23,304 nt of DNA from contig CAVNZM010000060.1 in the NCBI GenBank assembly GCA_963693365.1, positions 1 to 23,304 of the forward strand. Direction: 5' to 3'. This DNA comes from Amoebidium appalachense (taxonomy: Eukaryota > Protista > Ichthyosporea). The position numbers and the translations under genes are program-made. The notes below the pieces were generated by a model. It did not search any database and was not told the origin of the DNA. It worked only from the letters and a program-made list of their open reading frames with translations. Shown here one piece after another: positions 11,966-22,430 of the stretch; position 1 is the stretch's first letter; every line of letters starts with the position of its first letter.

Positions 11966-12319
11966 ACACACACAGGCACGCGCACGCTCGTGCGCACACA
12001 CACACGCACACATACACACCCACACCCAAAACCACCACCACCACCACCATCACCATGCACTCGCACTCAGTGGCACTTCTCACTCACACTCACGCTCGCT
12101 CTCATTCGCCCACGACCACCACGAACACTGTTACAGTAGAAGCTCGAAAAAGGGGTTGGGGTTTTTTTTTTTTTTTTTTTTGGTGGGGGGGGGGGGGGGG
12201 GGGGGGGGGCTTTAGCTCAAACTGTGTACCGTATGATTCAATCTGTTTTTACCCTTTTAGTCAAGAAGGTGCATGGACGCGTGGCCGGACGGTTTCAAAC
12301 TTTTTTTTTTTTTCCTTTT

Positions 12320-12352
<33 letters not shown>

Positions 12353-12790
12353 GTGCGCGCGTGGGAGAGGGGGGTGGGCCGGGCACTTTTACTTGTCGAA
12401 CGACTCCATTCCACGTCAGCTTCTCTTCCCTTTAAGTCCGTTGTTACCGCTACCGTAACGACTCCATTCTCTTCCCTTTAAGTCCGTTGTTACCGCTACC
12501 GTAACGACTCCATTCCACGTCGGCTTCTCTTCCCAAGTCCGCACCCCCTTTCAATGCTTATGCTTCTCTGTCAATCATTCATTCACTTGAAGCTCTCTGA
12601 CTGACCGTTGCCTTCATACATTTGAGCAGTTGCTCCAAAGCAGCCGGATGAACCTTCCTTCGTGGACAACTTCGACGATTTTGCGGATTACGGCGATTTT
12701 GCGGATTACGGCAATGGAAATGGGAACGGCTATGGTAACGGCAACGGCAACGGCAATGGCCAAGGATATGGCAATAGCGGGAAGTCTTAG
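2098..12790 (+). CDS. Predicted 14-exon gene for a secreted modular protein of about 1093 aa: signal peptide - 7 PAN/Apple-like domains - 2 Cna-B/prealbumin-like repeats - 2 SdrD-B-like repeats - acidic/GNY-rich tail
   Basis: join(2098-2449,2979-3002,3515-3757,4259-4282,4805-5047,5527-5550,6077-6319,6810-6833,7359-7601,8477-8743,9255-9521,10294-11172,11586-11873,12630-12790) = 3282 nt, one open frame from ATG to TAG. All introns are GT-AG and phase 1, and every internal exon length is a multiple of 3. Confidence 0.75.
2979..3002 (+). CDS. 24-nt linker microexon m1, (Y)PVRPADP
   Basis: CTAAT branch-like site, then TTTTTCACAG| acceptor and CAG|GTGAGC donor. Keeps frame between the phase-1 neighbours. 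Confidence 0.75.
3515..3757 (+). CDS. PAN/Apple-like domain type B, copy B1 (243 nt)
   Basis: ACAG| acceptor and G|GTGAGT donor. Six Cys, core CYEACRSRAGCTHFTYYYTSKWC. Confidence 0.88.
4259..4282 (+). CDS. 24-nt linker microexon m2, (D)PVRPADP
   Basis: Same splice sites as m1; one synonymous change (GAT for GAC). Confidence 0.75.
4805..5047 (+). CDS. PAN/Apple-like domain type B, copy B2
   Basis: Matches B1 except V>F and E>Q; same splice sites. Confidence 0.88.
5527..5550 (+). CDS. 24-nt linker microexon m3
   Basis: Same sequence and splice sites as m1. Confidence 0.75.
6077..6319 (+). CDS. PAN/Apple-like domain type B, copy B3
   Basis: Same translation as B2; AG/GT boundaries intact. 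Confidence 0.88.
6810..6833 (+). CDS. 24-nt linker microexon m4
   Basis: Same sequence and splice sites as m1. Confidence 0.75.
7359..7601 (+). CDS. PAN/Apple-like domain type B, copy B4
   Basis: Same translation as B2; donor GTGAGT at 7602. Confidence 0.88.
8477..8743 (+). CDS. PAN/Apple-like domain type A, copy A2 (267 nt)
   Basis: CCCCAG|CAG acceptor (NAGNAG, either site in frame); ANPPAAINFVDATTFPAAKGYRCIDGQ...AYKM; donor GTAAGT at 8744. Confidence 0.82.
9255..9521 (+). CDS. PAN/Apple-like domain type A, copy A3 (267 nt)
   Basis: Same boundaries as A2, 778 bp downstream; PGYKW instead of PGSKW; donor GTAAGT at 9522. Confidence 0.82.
10294..11172 (+). CDS. 879-nt exon: two Cna-B/prealbumin-fold-like repeats (~10317-10590, ~10593-10860) and one SdrD-B-like repeat (~10863-11150)
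   Basis: The repeats share G.MTIVI....G.PL....V.I.D......TTDA.GK.TI.V.PGKY..VPV. The third module reads GRIQGTIFNDLNKNNKVDAGEGIAKSIVSL...TSATGQYAFTNLKPGTYTV, matching the SdrD-B pattern. CACAG| acceptor and AG|GTACAG donor. Confidence 0.85.
11230..11359 (+). repeat. Intronic tandem duplication, period about 67 bp
   Basis: CAACATGCCATTGGCAAAACTTGG...CTAGGGCCTATCAT occurs twice. Confidence 0.9.
11586..11873 (+). CDS. 288-nt exon: second SdrD-B-like repeat
   Basis: GSVAGKVYLDNDNTRTFGAGDELIPGIPVSL...TTTSAQGAFSFPTVAAGSYTV...LDFAIE; CACAG| acceptor and AG|GTGCGT donor. Confidence 0.85.
12399..12540 (+). repeat. Intronic tandem repeat of about 46-60 bp units
   Basis: TTCTCTTCCCTTTAAGTCCGTTGTTACCGCTACCGTAACGACTCCATT occurs twice, with partial flanking copies. 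Confidence 0.85.
12630..12790 (+). CDS. Predicted terminal exon: (V)APKQPDEPSFVDNFDDFADYGDFADYGNGNGNGYGNGNGNGNGQGYGNSGKS*
   Basis: CTGAC branch-like sites, then GCAG| acceptor in the required phase 1. Codon-structured repeats, tandem TAG TAG, and AATAAA about 145 nt downstream. Not present in the ORF track. Confidence 0.65.
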
Positions 12791-12933
12791 TAGAATACGG
12801 TAAATATAGTCTCGCATGACGTAGGAGCATACTACTACAGTAGAGCTCAAGGCACCGATTCAGAAACCACCGAGTCTCAGATCTACATACTAGCTGCGCG
12901 GCATAGAGAGGGCTGTCATGTTAAAAACTTTGA

Positions 12934-12939
12934 AATAAA
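12934..12939 (+). terminator. Candidate polyadenylation signal AATAAA
   Basis: AATAAA hexamer about 145 nt downstream of the predicted stop at 12788-12790. Confidence 0.4.
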
Positions 12940-13603
12940 CATTTCACGGCAACAAGTAAGCATAGGTCCCCAGCAATCATTTCTTTTTTACATGGTATCT
13001 TCCGGGACCTGTTTCCACAATAATAATTTGGTTACTGAGTTTGGTGTTGCATCCTTTATATAATGAGAATGCCATTGTGGTGTCATAAACAGTGGTATGC
13101 TACCTGTGGGTGCCACGGACTGCCGGGTGTGTGCAGTTTGCATACTGGATGTATTGATTGTCATTGGATTAGAAGTTTTTTATTTAGTGACGGACTTATT
13201 GCTTTTATACGTATATATTAAAGCAATATGTCATGGCATCTGATGGGTCATGGCATCTGATGGGTCCCGCACCATAAGGATCGTCCCAAATGTATGTCCG
13301 ATCCTCCTCCCCCCCCCCCCCCCCCGGCCCCCCCAAACCCCCGCTGTTTTTGGAATTCAAGGGGCCTCGGGATATAACATCATTCTTAGAAGGCTCCCTA
13401 TATTATATCTAGATCTACTCGTGCTATATCATGTGATGCATCAGGAGCTGCCACGTAACACTATTTTTCGACAACGGAGCCTCCCAGCCGTCTCTTTCCA
13501 TCTATGCCACTGCCCCCTCCCCCTTCCCCCGCTAGCTCGAGGCACATTCTTTGAACTCTGAGCTTTTTCTTAGTTACTAATTAGCTTTTAGGCAGCTAAT
13601 TCT

Positions 13604-13779
13604 CTCTCTCTGAGCTAAAGAGAGGGAATGATGAGTCATTCCCTCTCTTTAGCTCAGAGAGAGTTTTTCTGTCTCCGAGGTCTCGGGTCCATATAATATC
13701 CCTCTTCCCCCCTCTCTTTAGCTCAGAGAGAGTTTTTCTGTCTCCGAGGTCTCGGGTCCATATAATATCCCTCTTCCCC
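13604..13779. repeat. Perfect 28-bp hairpin (13604-13663) overlapping a 69-bp tandem duplication (13641-13779)
   Basis: CTCTCTCTGAGCTAAAGAGAGGGAATGA-tgag-TCATTCCCTCTCTTTAGCTCAGAGAGAG; most of the right arm plus downstream sequence is then repeated directly. Confidence 0.9.
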
Positions 13780-13863
13780 CGAGTCACTCTCAACTCTCTC
13801 TCTCTCTCTCTCTCTCTCCCCCCCCCCCCTCCATCTCTCTCCCTCCATCTCTCTCACTCCATA

Positions 13864-13903
<40 letters not shown>

Positions 13904-13914
13904 CCTCTCTCCGA

Positions 13915-13984
<70 letters not shown>

Positions 13985-14227
13985 CTCTCTCTCCCTCTTA
14001 CCTCTCTCTCTCTCTCTCTGAGAGCCTCTCTCTCCCCATTCCCTCCTCCTTCTTAACCCCCCCCCCCCCCCCCCGTCTCTTTGTCTCCCCCCCAGGAGGG
14101 GCCTCTCTCTCCCCCCCTCTCAGTGATAGATAAAAGGTCCTCTCTCTCCTCAGTGAGTCTATCTCTCTCTCTCACCCTGGCTCTGTGATTCCCTCTCTAG
14201 ATCTTTGGATCTAGATGTCTCTCTGTA

Positions 14228-14356
14228 CAGGGGGTGACTCAAATTAAGATAATTTGAAATTAAGATAAATAGTGCTATTTTATTTTTAAAAAAATAAGAG
14301 AATAGGGTCTACCAAACCTGGTGGATATTTAAGATCATTGCCGTGGTGGTGGTGGT

Positions 14357-14395
<39 letters not shown>

Positions 14396-14754
14396 GGGAG
14401 GGATGGGGGGATGTTTACACAGAACCTGGAGGCGGCCGGTTAATATATAGAGACAATGATATTGTCGGCTTATGAGAAGGATAATGATTGCTAACGCTAA
14501 ACCCTCTCACCGCCCTGGTTGTCTTCACCTCTAACTGAGTGTTCCACTTGGGGGTTGGGGAGTGGGGGTGTTGATGGGTGGGGGGGAAATCAGTGACCCA
14601 CTAACTGTTTGAAAGGGTGTGGGGGGGGGGGGGGGGGGGGGGGGGGGGGAGGGGGCGCCACCCATATCAAAAAGGAGCCTCCCCCTACACCCCCCCCCCC
14701 CCCCCCCGGAGGGCCCCCCATACACACACACACAGTCCCCCCTCACCCCCCCCC

Positions 14755-14796
<42 letters not shown>

Positions 14797-14993
14797 AGGG
14801 CCCCAAGGAAGGCATCCACGAACCCACCAATGACTGATTTTGGTCACTAATACATATGTTGGACACAGATATCGGTATTAGCAAGCTTTACAGTTTGTAT
14901 CCATCTTTCAAGGTAAGGCTACATGTGTCCGGCCTATAGAACTAGCCCTTGTCCCTCATCCCTCGAGCTCCCCCCCGCTCCTCCGAATCCCCC

Positions 14994-15024
<31 letters not shown>

Positions 15025-15338
15025 AAAATTAAAATAAAAATAAAAATAATGAATGCGGGGAGCGCAGGGAGGGGGTGGAGGGTTTTCAATATTTACCACT
15101 AGCTTTCCGATGCAATCGAGAGTCAAAAGAATAAGGCTCTTAGCGCAACTCACGGACGAAACTGATCGATATGGACTTGACAAATATATTCTCGAGGTGA
15201 TGCACACACATAGTATCCGAATGCAGAAGCACATGCAAACACACAAAACACACACACACATGTGCGTACGCGCAAACGGCGCACGCTTGCACGCACGCAC
15301 ACAAAGCACAACACACATGCACAGCAAGAGAGAGGGAT

Positions 15339-15371
<33 letters not shown>

Positions 15372-15788
15372 GGGGGGAGGGAGAGAGAGAGATCTTAAAA
15401 CAGACAGAGAGAGAGAGAGGGAGAGGGAGAGAGAGGGAGGGAGGGAGGGAGGGGGAGGGGGGAGAGAGAGAGAGAGAGAGAGAGAGATGTACATATGGCA
15501 TCATACTCACGCCCCACGCGCCGTCGCGCAAGTTGCAGCATGCCCAGACACACACGAACGCATTCGTGCACACGTACGCGTGGACGTGTGCATACACATC
15601 GACTAAATTCGTACACAAGCACATCCATATATCATAATACATACAAATACATGCAGCACGTACGCCGCGCATACACACACACATACACACACCAACCCTC
15701 CACATGCACACACGTGCACACACACACACACACACACGCCCCCCCCCCCCCTTCTCTCCCCCCCCCCCCCCCCCCCCCCCCGCCATGC

Positions 15789-15835
<47 letters not shown>

Positions 15836-16186
15836 GCACGCCGCACGCACGTGCGTTAGCAAGTGCGCCTTGTGTGCACACATATGCGGTTTGGAAGATG
15901 TACATGTGCAGCCAGCTGCCAGAACCAGCATTGATTCGACTTTTTTGTGTGTAAGATCAGTGTTCGAAGTCTTGTTTGAGATGACAGCCCTTTTAATGAG
16001 CTATATTAGCATAGTCGGCCTTTTTCATAAGAATGGAAGCCCCCCCCCCTCCCCCTTCCCCTCCCCGTGCGGACACAACCCACCCCAAGTAAATTTTAAG
16101 ATCATTTAGGCTATGGTCCCTGAAAAATTAAGATAATTAGCCCCTATTTCCAAAGTACCCATGATCTTAATTTCAGTCACCCCTTG
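14228..16186. mobile_element. Non-autonomous Tc1/mariner-superfamily-type DNA transposon, 1959 bp
   Basis: 23-bp TIRs CAGGGGGTGACTCAAATTAAGAT / CAAGGGGTGACTGAAATTAAGAT (21/23 match), TA on both sides (14226-14227, 16187-16188), and extra TTAAGAT motifs near both ends. No transposase ORF recognised. Confidence 0.8.
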
Positions 16187-16188
16187 TA

Positions 16189-16208
16189 ATACTTATTGAG
16201 GCCTAAAG

Positions 16209-16247
<39 letters not shown>

Positions 16248-16277
16248 CCCCCCCCCCCCCCCCCCTCACCCCTTGAC

Positions 16278-16349
<72 letters not shown>

Positions 16350-16971
16350 CCCCTCCCCCCCTCCCCCCTCTCCAGAACGCTCTCTCTCGATCTCTCAAAC
16401 TCTCGAGCTCTCTATTGATCACCATTATCCCTCCCCCCTCCCCCCTCCCCCCCCCCCCCCCCCCCTCTCTCTCTTTCTCACTCGCCTCAGGCCCAGTCCG
16501 ACAATCAGGTCCTCTCCAATCTCTCCCTCTCCCTCTCCTTTCGACGAGTCTTTCTTTCCGAACCCTCACTCTTTTTCCGCCTCTATCTCCATCCCTCCCT
16601 ACCTCTCCTGTCTCTTATGAAATTATCTCCCACCGAGATCTCCAGCCCTCCCCAGGCCTCCGACCGTCTCTCTCCCTCTCTCATGATCCGTCTCTGGTCT
16701 CGAGCTCTCGAGATCATAATCATCAGTCTTGTCTTCCTCTCACAGAGACTCTCTCTTTCGAAGGCTTTCCCTCTCTTCTCCTTCAAAATCTGTTTCCCCC
16801 TCCCCCCCCCACCCCCCACCCCCCTCCCCACCCCCTGTTCAGTCGCGATCGACTGAGCCCTTTCTCTCTTTGTTTAGCACTATGTACTATGCATTAGAGA
16901 GAGCCTCTGACTCTCGAGCTCCGAGTCTCCTCCCCCTCCCGCAGCCCCTAAGAGTCTTAGGCCTCCCCCCA

Positions 16972-17038
<67 letters not shown>

Positions 17039-17410
17039 CACAAACACACGAACACAAGCAAGCACACATGCGCACAAACACACACACACTTGAATCACAC
17101 AAGCTTGCGCACACACAAGCACACCGCCCCTCGAGCTCTGCTAGGCTCGCAGGCCCTAGACTAGCTATGTAGGCCTGCCTCGGCAGATAACTCCCTTGGT
17201 CCCAGGGGGGAGGGGGGGGGGGTGGGGGGTAAACCCCCAAAATTATCTTTCGTAATAACATTTTTATGATTAACTTAATGATTTGTGATCCCATACCCCC
17301 CCACCCCTCCCCCCACACCCCTACCCTCTCCCCCTTCCCTTACTCCCAAAACACACACATGCGTCAAAGCCAAGTAGCCTCGACGCGCGCGCGTGCGCGA
17401 ACGCGCGCGC

Positions 17411-17456
<46 letters not shown>

Positions 17457-18226
17457 ACAGTAGAAGCGTGGTAACAGCTAGGTCACCAATACCTTCAGCT
17501 AGAGCAAGACCAATTCTACAGGAAGGCAATGCGTTTTTAGATGTTACACATGCGATTGCCATATTTGGCAATATAATTAAGGTGGTCCGATGACTAAATA
17601 CATATGAAACGAGACAAAGGCTTAGTTTTTCAAGGTGTCTGCTTGCATCAAGTCTAGTGTCCTGTGGCAATTTTTCCTTTTGTTATATTGTGTGATTTTT
17701 TTGTGATTATGTACATGTCTAATAAGTAGGTGGCAGTCCCAAGTCACACCCACCTCACAGCTCCACCTGAATACGTCAGACCCCCCTCACCAAACAGGGG
17801 AAACCTGTCGCTGGGTGGGTGCTTGTGTGTGTGTGTGTGTGTGTGTGTGTCCTTGTGTGTGCGTGCGTGTGTGTTTGTGTGTCTGTGTGTGTTTGTGTGT
17901 GTGTGTGTATGTGTGTGTGTGTGGGTGTGTGTATGTGGGTGCGTGCCTGTGTGACACCTGACGTCTTGATATCATTGGGTTAGCGAGTACCATGAGTAGA
18001 GATTTACCTTTTTTGGATAATGACCTCAACACCCCTTTCATGGGTGCTTTCGAAAAAGGGAAAACACGGTTAGATTAGTTGAAAGGGGAGGGGGGGGGGG
18101 AGGGGGAGGGGGGAAGGGGGGGGGACAGGGGGGGGGGGGGGGCGATTTCGCCGATTTTCTCAGCAGCCCAATTAAGGAAAAAACTCTGGCACGTTCCCCC
18201 GGGGCTGGGTCACTTGGTATCAGCTG

Positions 18227-18291
<65 letters not shown>

Positions 18292-18508
18292 CTAGCGTTT
18301 TGTGTTGCCATGTTGCTCGAGCCAACCAATACATCTAATAAAGAGATTATAACCACGTGTGTTTAACAAAAAATTAGGATGTTGCCATTTTCGAGCTGCT
18401 GGGTGTCTGTGAATGTGTGGTGTGTGTGCTGCGGTATAAGGTGGTATATCAATCTCCATTTAGCAATAAATGACCGTTCAAATTTGTCATGTATGTGTTG
18501 TTTAAGCT

Positions 18509-18540
<32 letters not shown>

Positions 18541-18677
18541 CCCAAAAAAAAACAAAAAACCAAACAAAAGACAAACAAGATAAATAACACTAAATAAATA
18601 ATAAAGAATAATTTAAAAACTGTCAACACACAAAGAAGGCACACATGCACACACACACACACATGCACACACGCGCG

Positions 18678-18716
<39 letters not shown>

Positions 18717-20285
18717 ACACACACCACACGCGCGCATGCGCACAAACACACACATAGACGCTCGCGCGCACACACACACACACGCGCACACGTTCCCCCT
18801 AACCCTCTTTCCCTTCCCCCCCCCCCCCCCCCCCCCCCCCCTTCTCTTCCCACATTCAAAAACCCGGTACATTTCCCTTGTGTTAATACAGAATTCTGTG
18901 AACCCCTGTCCACCCCAAAATTAAAAAAAATAAATAAATAAATAAATACATACAAATCATTGAACTTCATTCAACACTAAAGCCAAAAAAAAAAGAATTT
19001 ATGCTATTACAGGCAATCTATTTCACCAACAGTCTCTTTGCGGTTCAAAATCTCACAGTCTTTCCATCTCCCCACAACCACCAGCGAAAAACATGTTGAA
19101 CTTAGAGTGGACTCGCATTACCCAGAAACAATGTGTTTGTAGACCTTACCGTGAGCATCATTGCTGAACAAATTGTAGCCCACTGGATATAGATGGCAAA
19201 TTGGGCCCGGATCCCCCCATCCCCCCCCCCCCCCCCCCCCCCCCCCCCACCAAAAAAAAAAAAAAAAGAAAAAAAAGAAAAAGGAAAAAAAAACAACACA
19301 CACCCACACCCACACCCAAAGAGTCGAGACAATAGAAAGAAAAGATGTACTGGTAACAAAGTTGAATAACCCAATCGGCATTACAGAAAACAGGTGCAAC
19401 CCCCTCCCCCCCCCCCCCCCCCCCCGCCTCACATCAACGACAACAACAGCAAAACAAAGGCAACCAAAGAGAAGAAAAAAAAAAACACAGAATAACAAAA
19501 GCAATAAATCTCTCCTGTGTACGTGTATGTGCGTGTGTGTACGGGTTTGCAAAGATGATGTGTACGTGTGTGTCGGTGTGTTTAGGGTATGTGTAGATGT
19601 GTCTATTCGTGTGTACGTATGAAGTGTAAAGGGCGAAGATGGGTCGGTGTGCAAGTGCGTACGTGTGTATACGTGTGTGTAGGTGTGTGTAGGTGTGTGC
19701 TGGTGTGCGTGTGATGGGTGGCGTGTATGGAAAGCCTGTATAAATGTGTCTACGTGTGTGTACGTGTGTAAAAGGAATGTGTATGGGCGCGTTGTGTGCG
19801 TTTTTAGGCTGAGTATATGTGTGTGTATATGTGTGTATGTGTGGTGTGTATGAAGATGTGGGTGCCCGTCTCAACAGGGCGGAGGGGGAGGGGGGGGGGG
19901 GGGGGTAGCATGTGTTGCAGAGTACACTTGCATTTTTATCTCCCTCTTCTAATCCGTGCCCAAGCTGCTCGAGAAAACTTGGAGAAAACACACACACATT
20001 CACAGCCAACAAACAAGCACACGCACGCCGTGGTCCAAGACACACAAACACCCACACACGCATAATCTACACCATACGACAAACCGTTCACGCACGCACA
20101 CATGCAGGCACACACGCACGCACACACACATACACAACACACCCACACACCTCACACAACACAACAAGGCTGAGACAAGAATACACACACGCGCACATGC
20201 ATGACATTGTTAGACACATACACTGTGCTTAATACACGGCACCCTAACAAACACATGCACACACGCACACGCTCGCGCGCGCGTG

Positions 20286-20317
<32 letters not shown>

Positions 20318-21048
20318 CAAACACACACAGACACACACACACACATGCAAGCAAGCACGCACACACAAGCATGCATGCGGGACGCTGTGTGAAACAGGCA
20401 AACATACGCCGTCTTCGCGAGACGCAAACGCACACGCACACACCCACACACACGCACTCGTACACACACACACACGACTCAAACGCACACACCCGCACGC
20501 ACACACACACACACACACATCCACACATCCCTCCCTTCCCCCCCTCCCATCCTCCCCAACACACACACTTTCGTTGGTTTATTGGTTCAATGAGAGGAGG
20601 ATGCATGGGCAAAGCCCTCCTGCCATTTCCCAAACCTAGACAAAAACTCTCTAACAATTGCCACACTCTATTCGGTTGTGTAAAACAAACATGCTGCATC
20701 CAGTCTCTGTGACGGTAAACTTCAAACAACTAAATTGTATAGTTTCTACACAATTCAAATACAAATATGATATTAGAATATTCTTGCAATGGCCCATTGT
20801 CGAATACCTCTTTTAATGCATTATTTCGGTCACTGAGCCGAAAGGAATTAATACATAGTCTTCCAACAGAAAACCTACCGAAACACAAGTCATGCGCATA
20901 TAGTAAGAAAATTACAATATGTCCCCCCCCGACTTTGTTCATTTTAGCGCCGCTGAGATCCAAAATGTCTACCAATGCAGCCATACCTTATGAAAGCAGT
21001 CGTATGACTCCCTCCCTCCCTCCCCCCCTCCCCCCCCCCCCCCCCCCC

Positions 21049-21080
<32 letters not shown>

Positions 21081-21182
21081 AATCAAGCCCTGAACGTTAA
21101 CACCACCACCACACGATGATGCCCTTCAACACCCCTCCTTAGTCACATCATCTTCTTTCCCCCCCCCCCCCCCCCTTTTTTT

Positions 21183-21217
<35 letters not shown>

Positions 21218-21227
21218 GGGGAGGGGG

Positions 21228-21262
<35 letters not shown>

Positions 21263-21870
21263 ATCGGAGGGAAGGGTGGGTGAAGGAACAGGGGGAGAGG
21301 AGGGGAAAGGTGATAGGGAGGGGGGGGGGGGGGGGAGTTCTAACTGTGCGTTTTGTGCATTCGTGTGTGTGTCATTCGTGTGGGTGTCATTCGTGTGTGT
21401 GTGTGCGTGCATGTATTGGTGAGTAGGTTCAAGTGGTGTGACTGTATGTGTGTGTGTTTGCAGTCATCATGGACGTACGCCGTGCACGTATAAAAATTGC
21501 ACAGAGCACAAACACACTCATGAAGTGTGAGCACCAGTCCACATTTCCTCGGCTTTCATCGACATACTTTCCCAGACACGTGTGCGCTACCAAACTTCTC
21601 TGAAAAGACCAAATATACACGGCCTCCCCCCAACTGCCAGGGAGGGAGAGAGGGAGAGGGGGGAGGAAGGGAGGGAGGGAGGGCAGGAGGAAGGGAGGGA
21701 TGGAGTGTCATCTTCACTTGATTCTCAGCAAGACTTAGAAGTTGAGTTTTGTATTTGTTTATTAGTTTGTTGTAGTTTGTTTCCTTTTCCTTTCTTCCTT
21801 TCTTTCTTTCCTTTATGTTTCCGTGTACACGACATCTTAGATCTGTGTACGTATCGACATACTTAGCTCG
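16189..21870. repeat. Simple-repeat-rich region: (CT)n, (CA)n/(TG)n, (CG)n, poly-C/poly-G/poly-A, separating short islands of complex sequence
   Basis: Direct reading. The ORFs called here are mostly translations of microsatellites. Confidence 0.85.
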
Positions 21871-21879
21871 CGCACACGT

Positions 21880-22249
21880 TTGGATTGGGCGATGGACTTG
21901 GTAAGGTTCGAATCGAATCGCGAAGGGCCGCCAGGCCCGGAGCACGGAGCACGGAGCACGGCGCCCGGCCCGCGCGGGGTCTGGGGGGACGGCGTCCGGG
22001 GGGGACGGCGTGGGGCAGGGCGGCCCGGGTCTGGGGGGACGGGGTCTGGGGGGGAGATCATCCACTCCGCCCCGTCCCCCCCAGACCCCGTCCCCCCAGA
22101 CCCGGGCCGCCCTGCCCCACGCCGTCCCCCCGGACGCCGTCCCCCCAGACCCCGCGCGGGCCGGGCGCCGTGCTCCGTGCTCCGTGCTCCGGGCCTGGCG
22201 GCCCTTCGCGATTCGATTCGAACCTTACCAAGTCCATCGCCCAATCCAA
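21880..22249. mobile_element. 370-bp GC-rich near-perfect palindrome (foldback/MITE-like)
   Basis: Arms 21880-22055 and 22075-22249 are reverse complements apart from a one-base G-run indel; 19-nt spacer. No TSD found, so the inverted repeat is certain but the mobile-element identity is inferred. Confidence 0.65.
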
Positions 22250-22430
22250 TATTGGACTAGTCACGTGGCCTGGTAACTTTGAGATCACACCACACCAAAC
22301 CATCTCCGATCCGATCGCGATCAATCTATTTCCCACTTTCCACTTTTCCCACTTAAAATCGAAAAAGAGAAAAAAAAAGGGGACAAAACAAACGATACAA
22401 CATTACCCACTTTTAAGTGGGAAAGTGGCC

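Noticed and set aside
12132-12435. Alternative last exon from TTACAG| at 12136, or a pogo-like terminus TACAGTAGAAGC (also at about 17457)
   Set aside because: The reading frame runs through poly-T, poly-G and (GT)n. No inverted partner of the motif was found in the window.
10057-13266. 17-bp tandem duplications at about 10057-10095 and 13230-13266 as target-site footprints
   Set aside because: They are adjacent direct copies with no intervening element, consistent with ordinary slippage.
17461-17516. IGLALAEGIGD resembling an IspG motif
   Set aside because: The match is too short and has no supporting flanking similarity.
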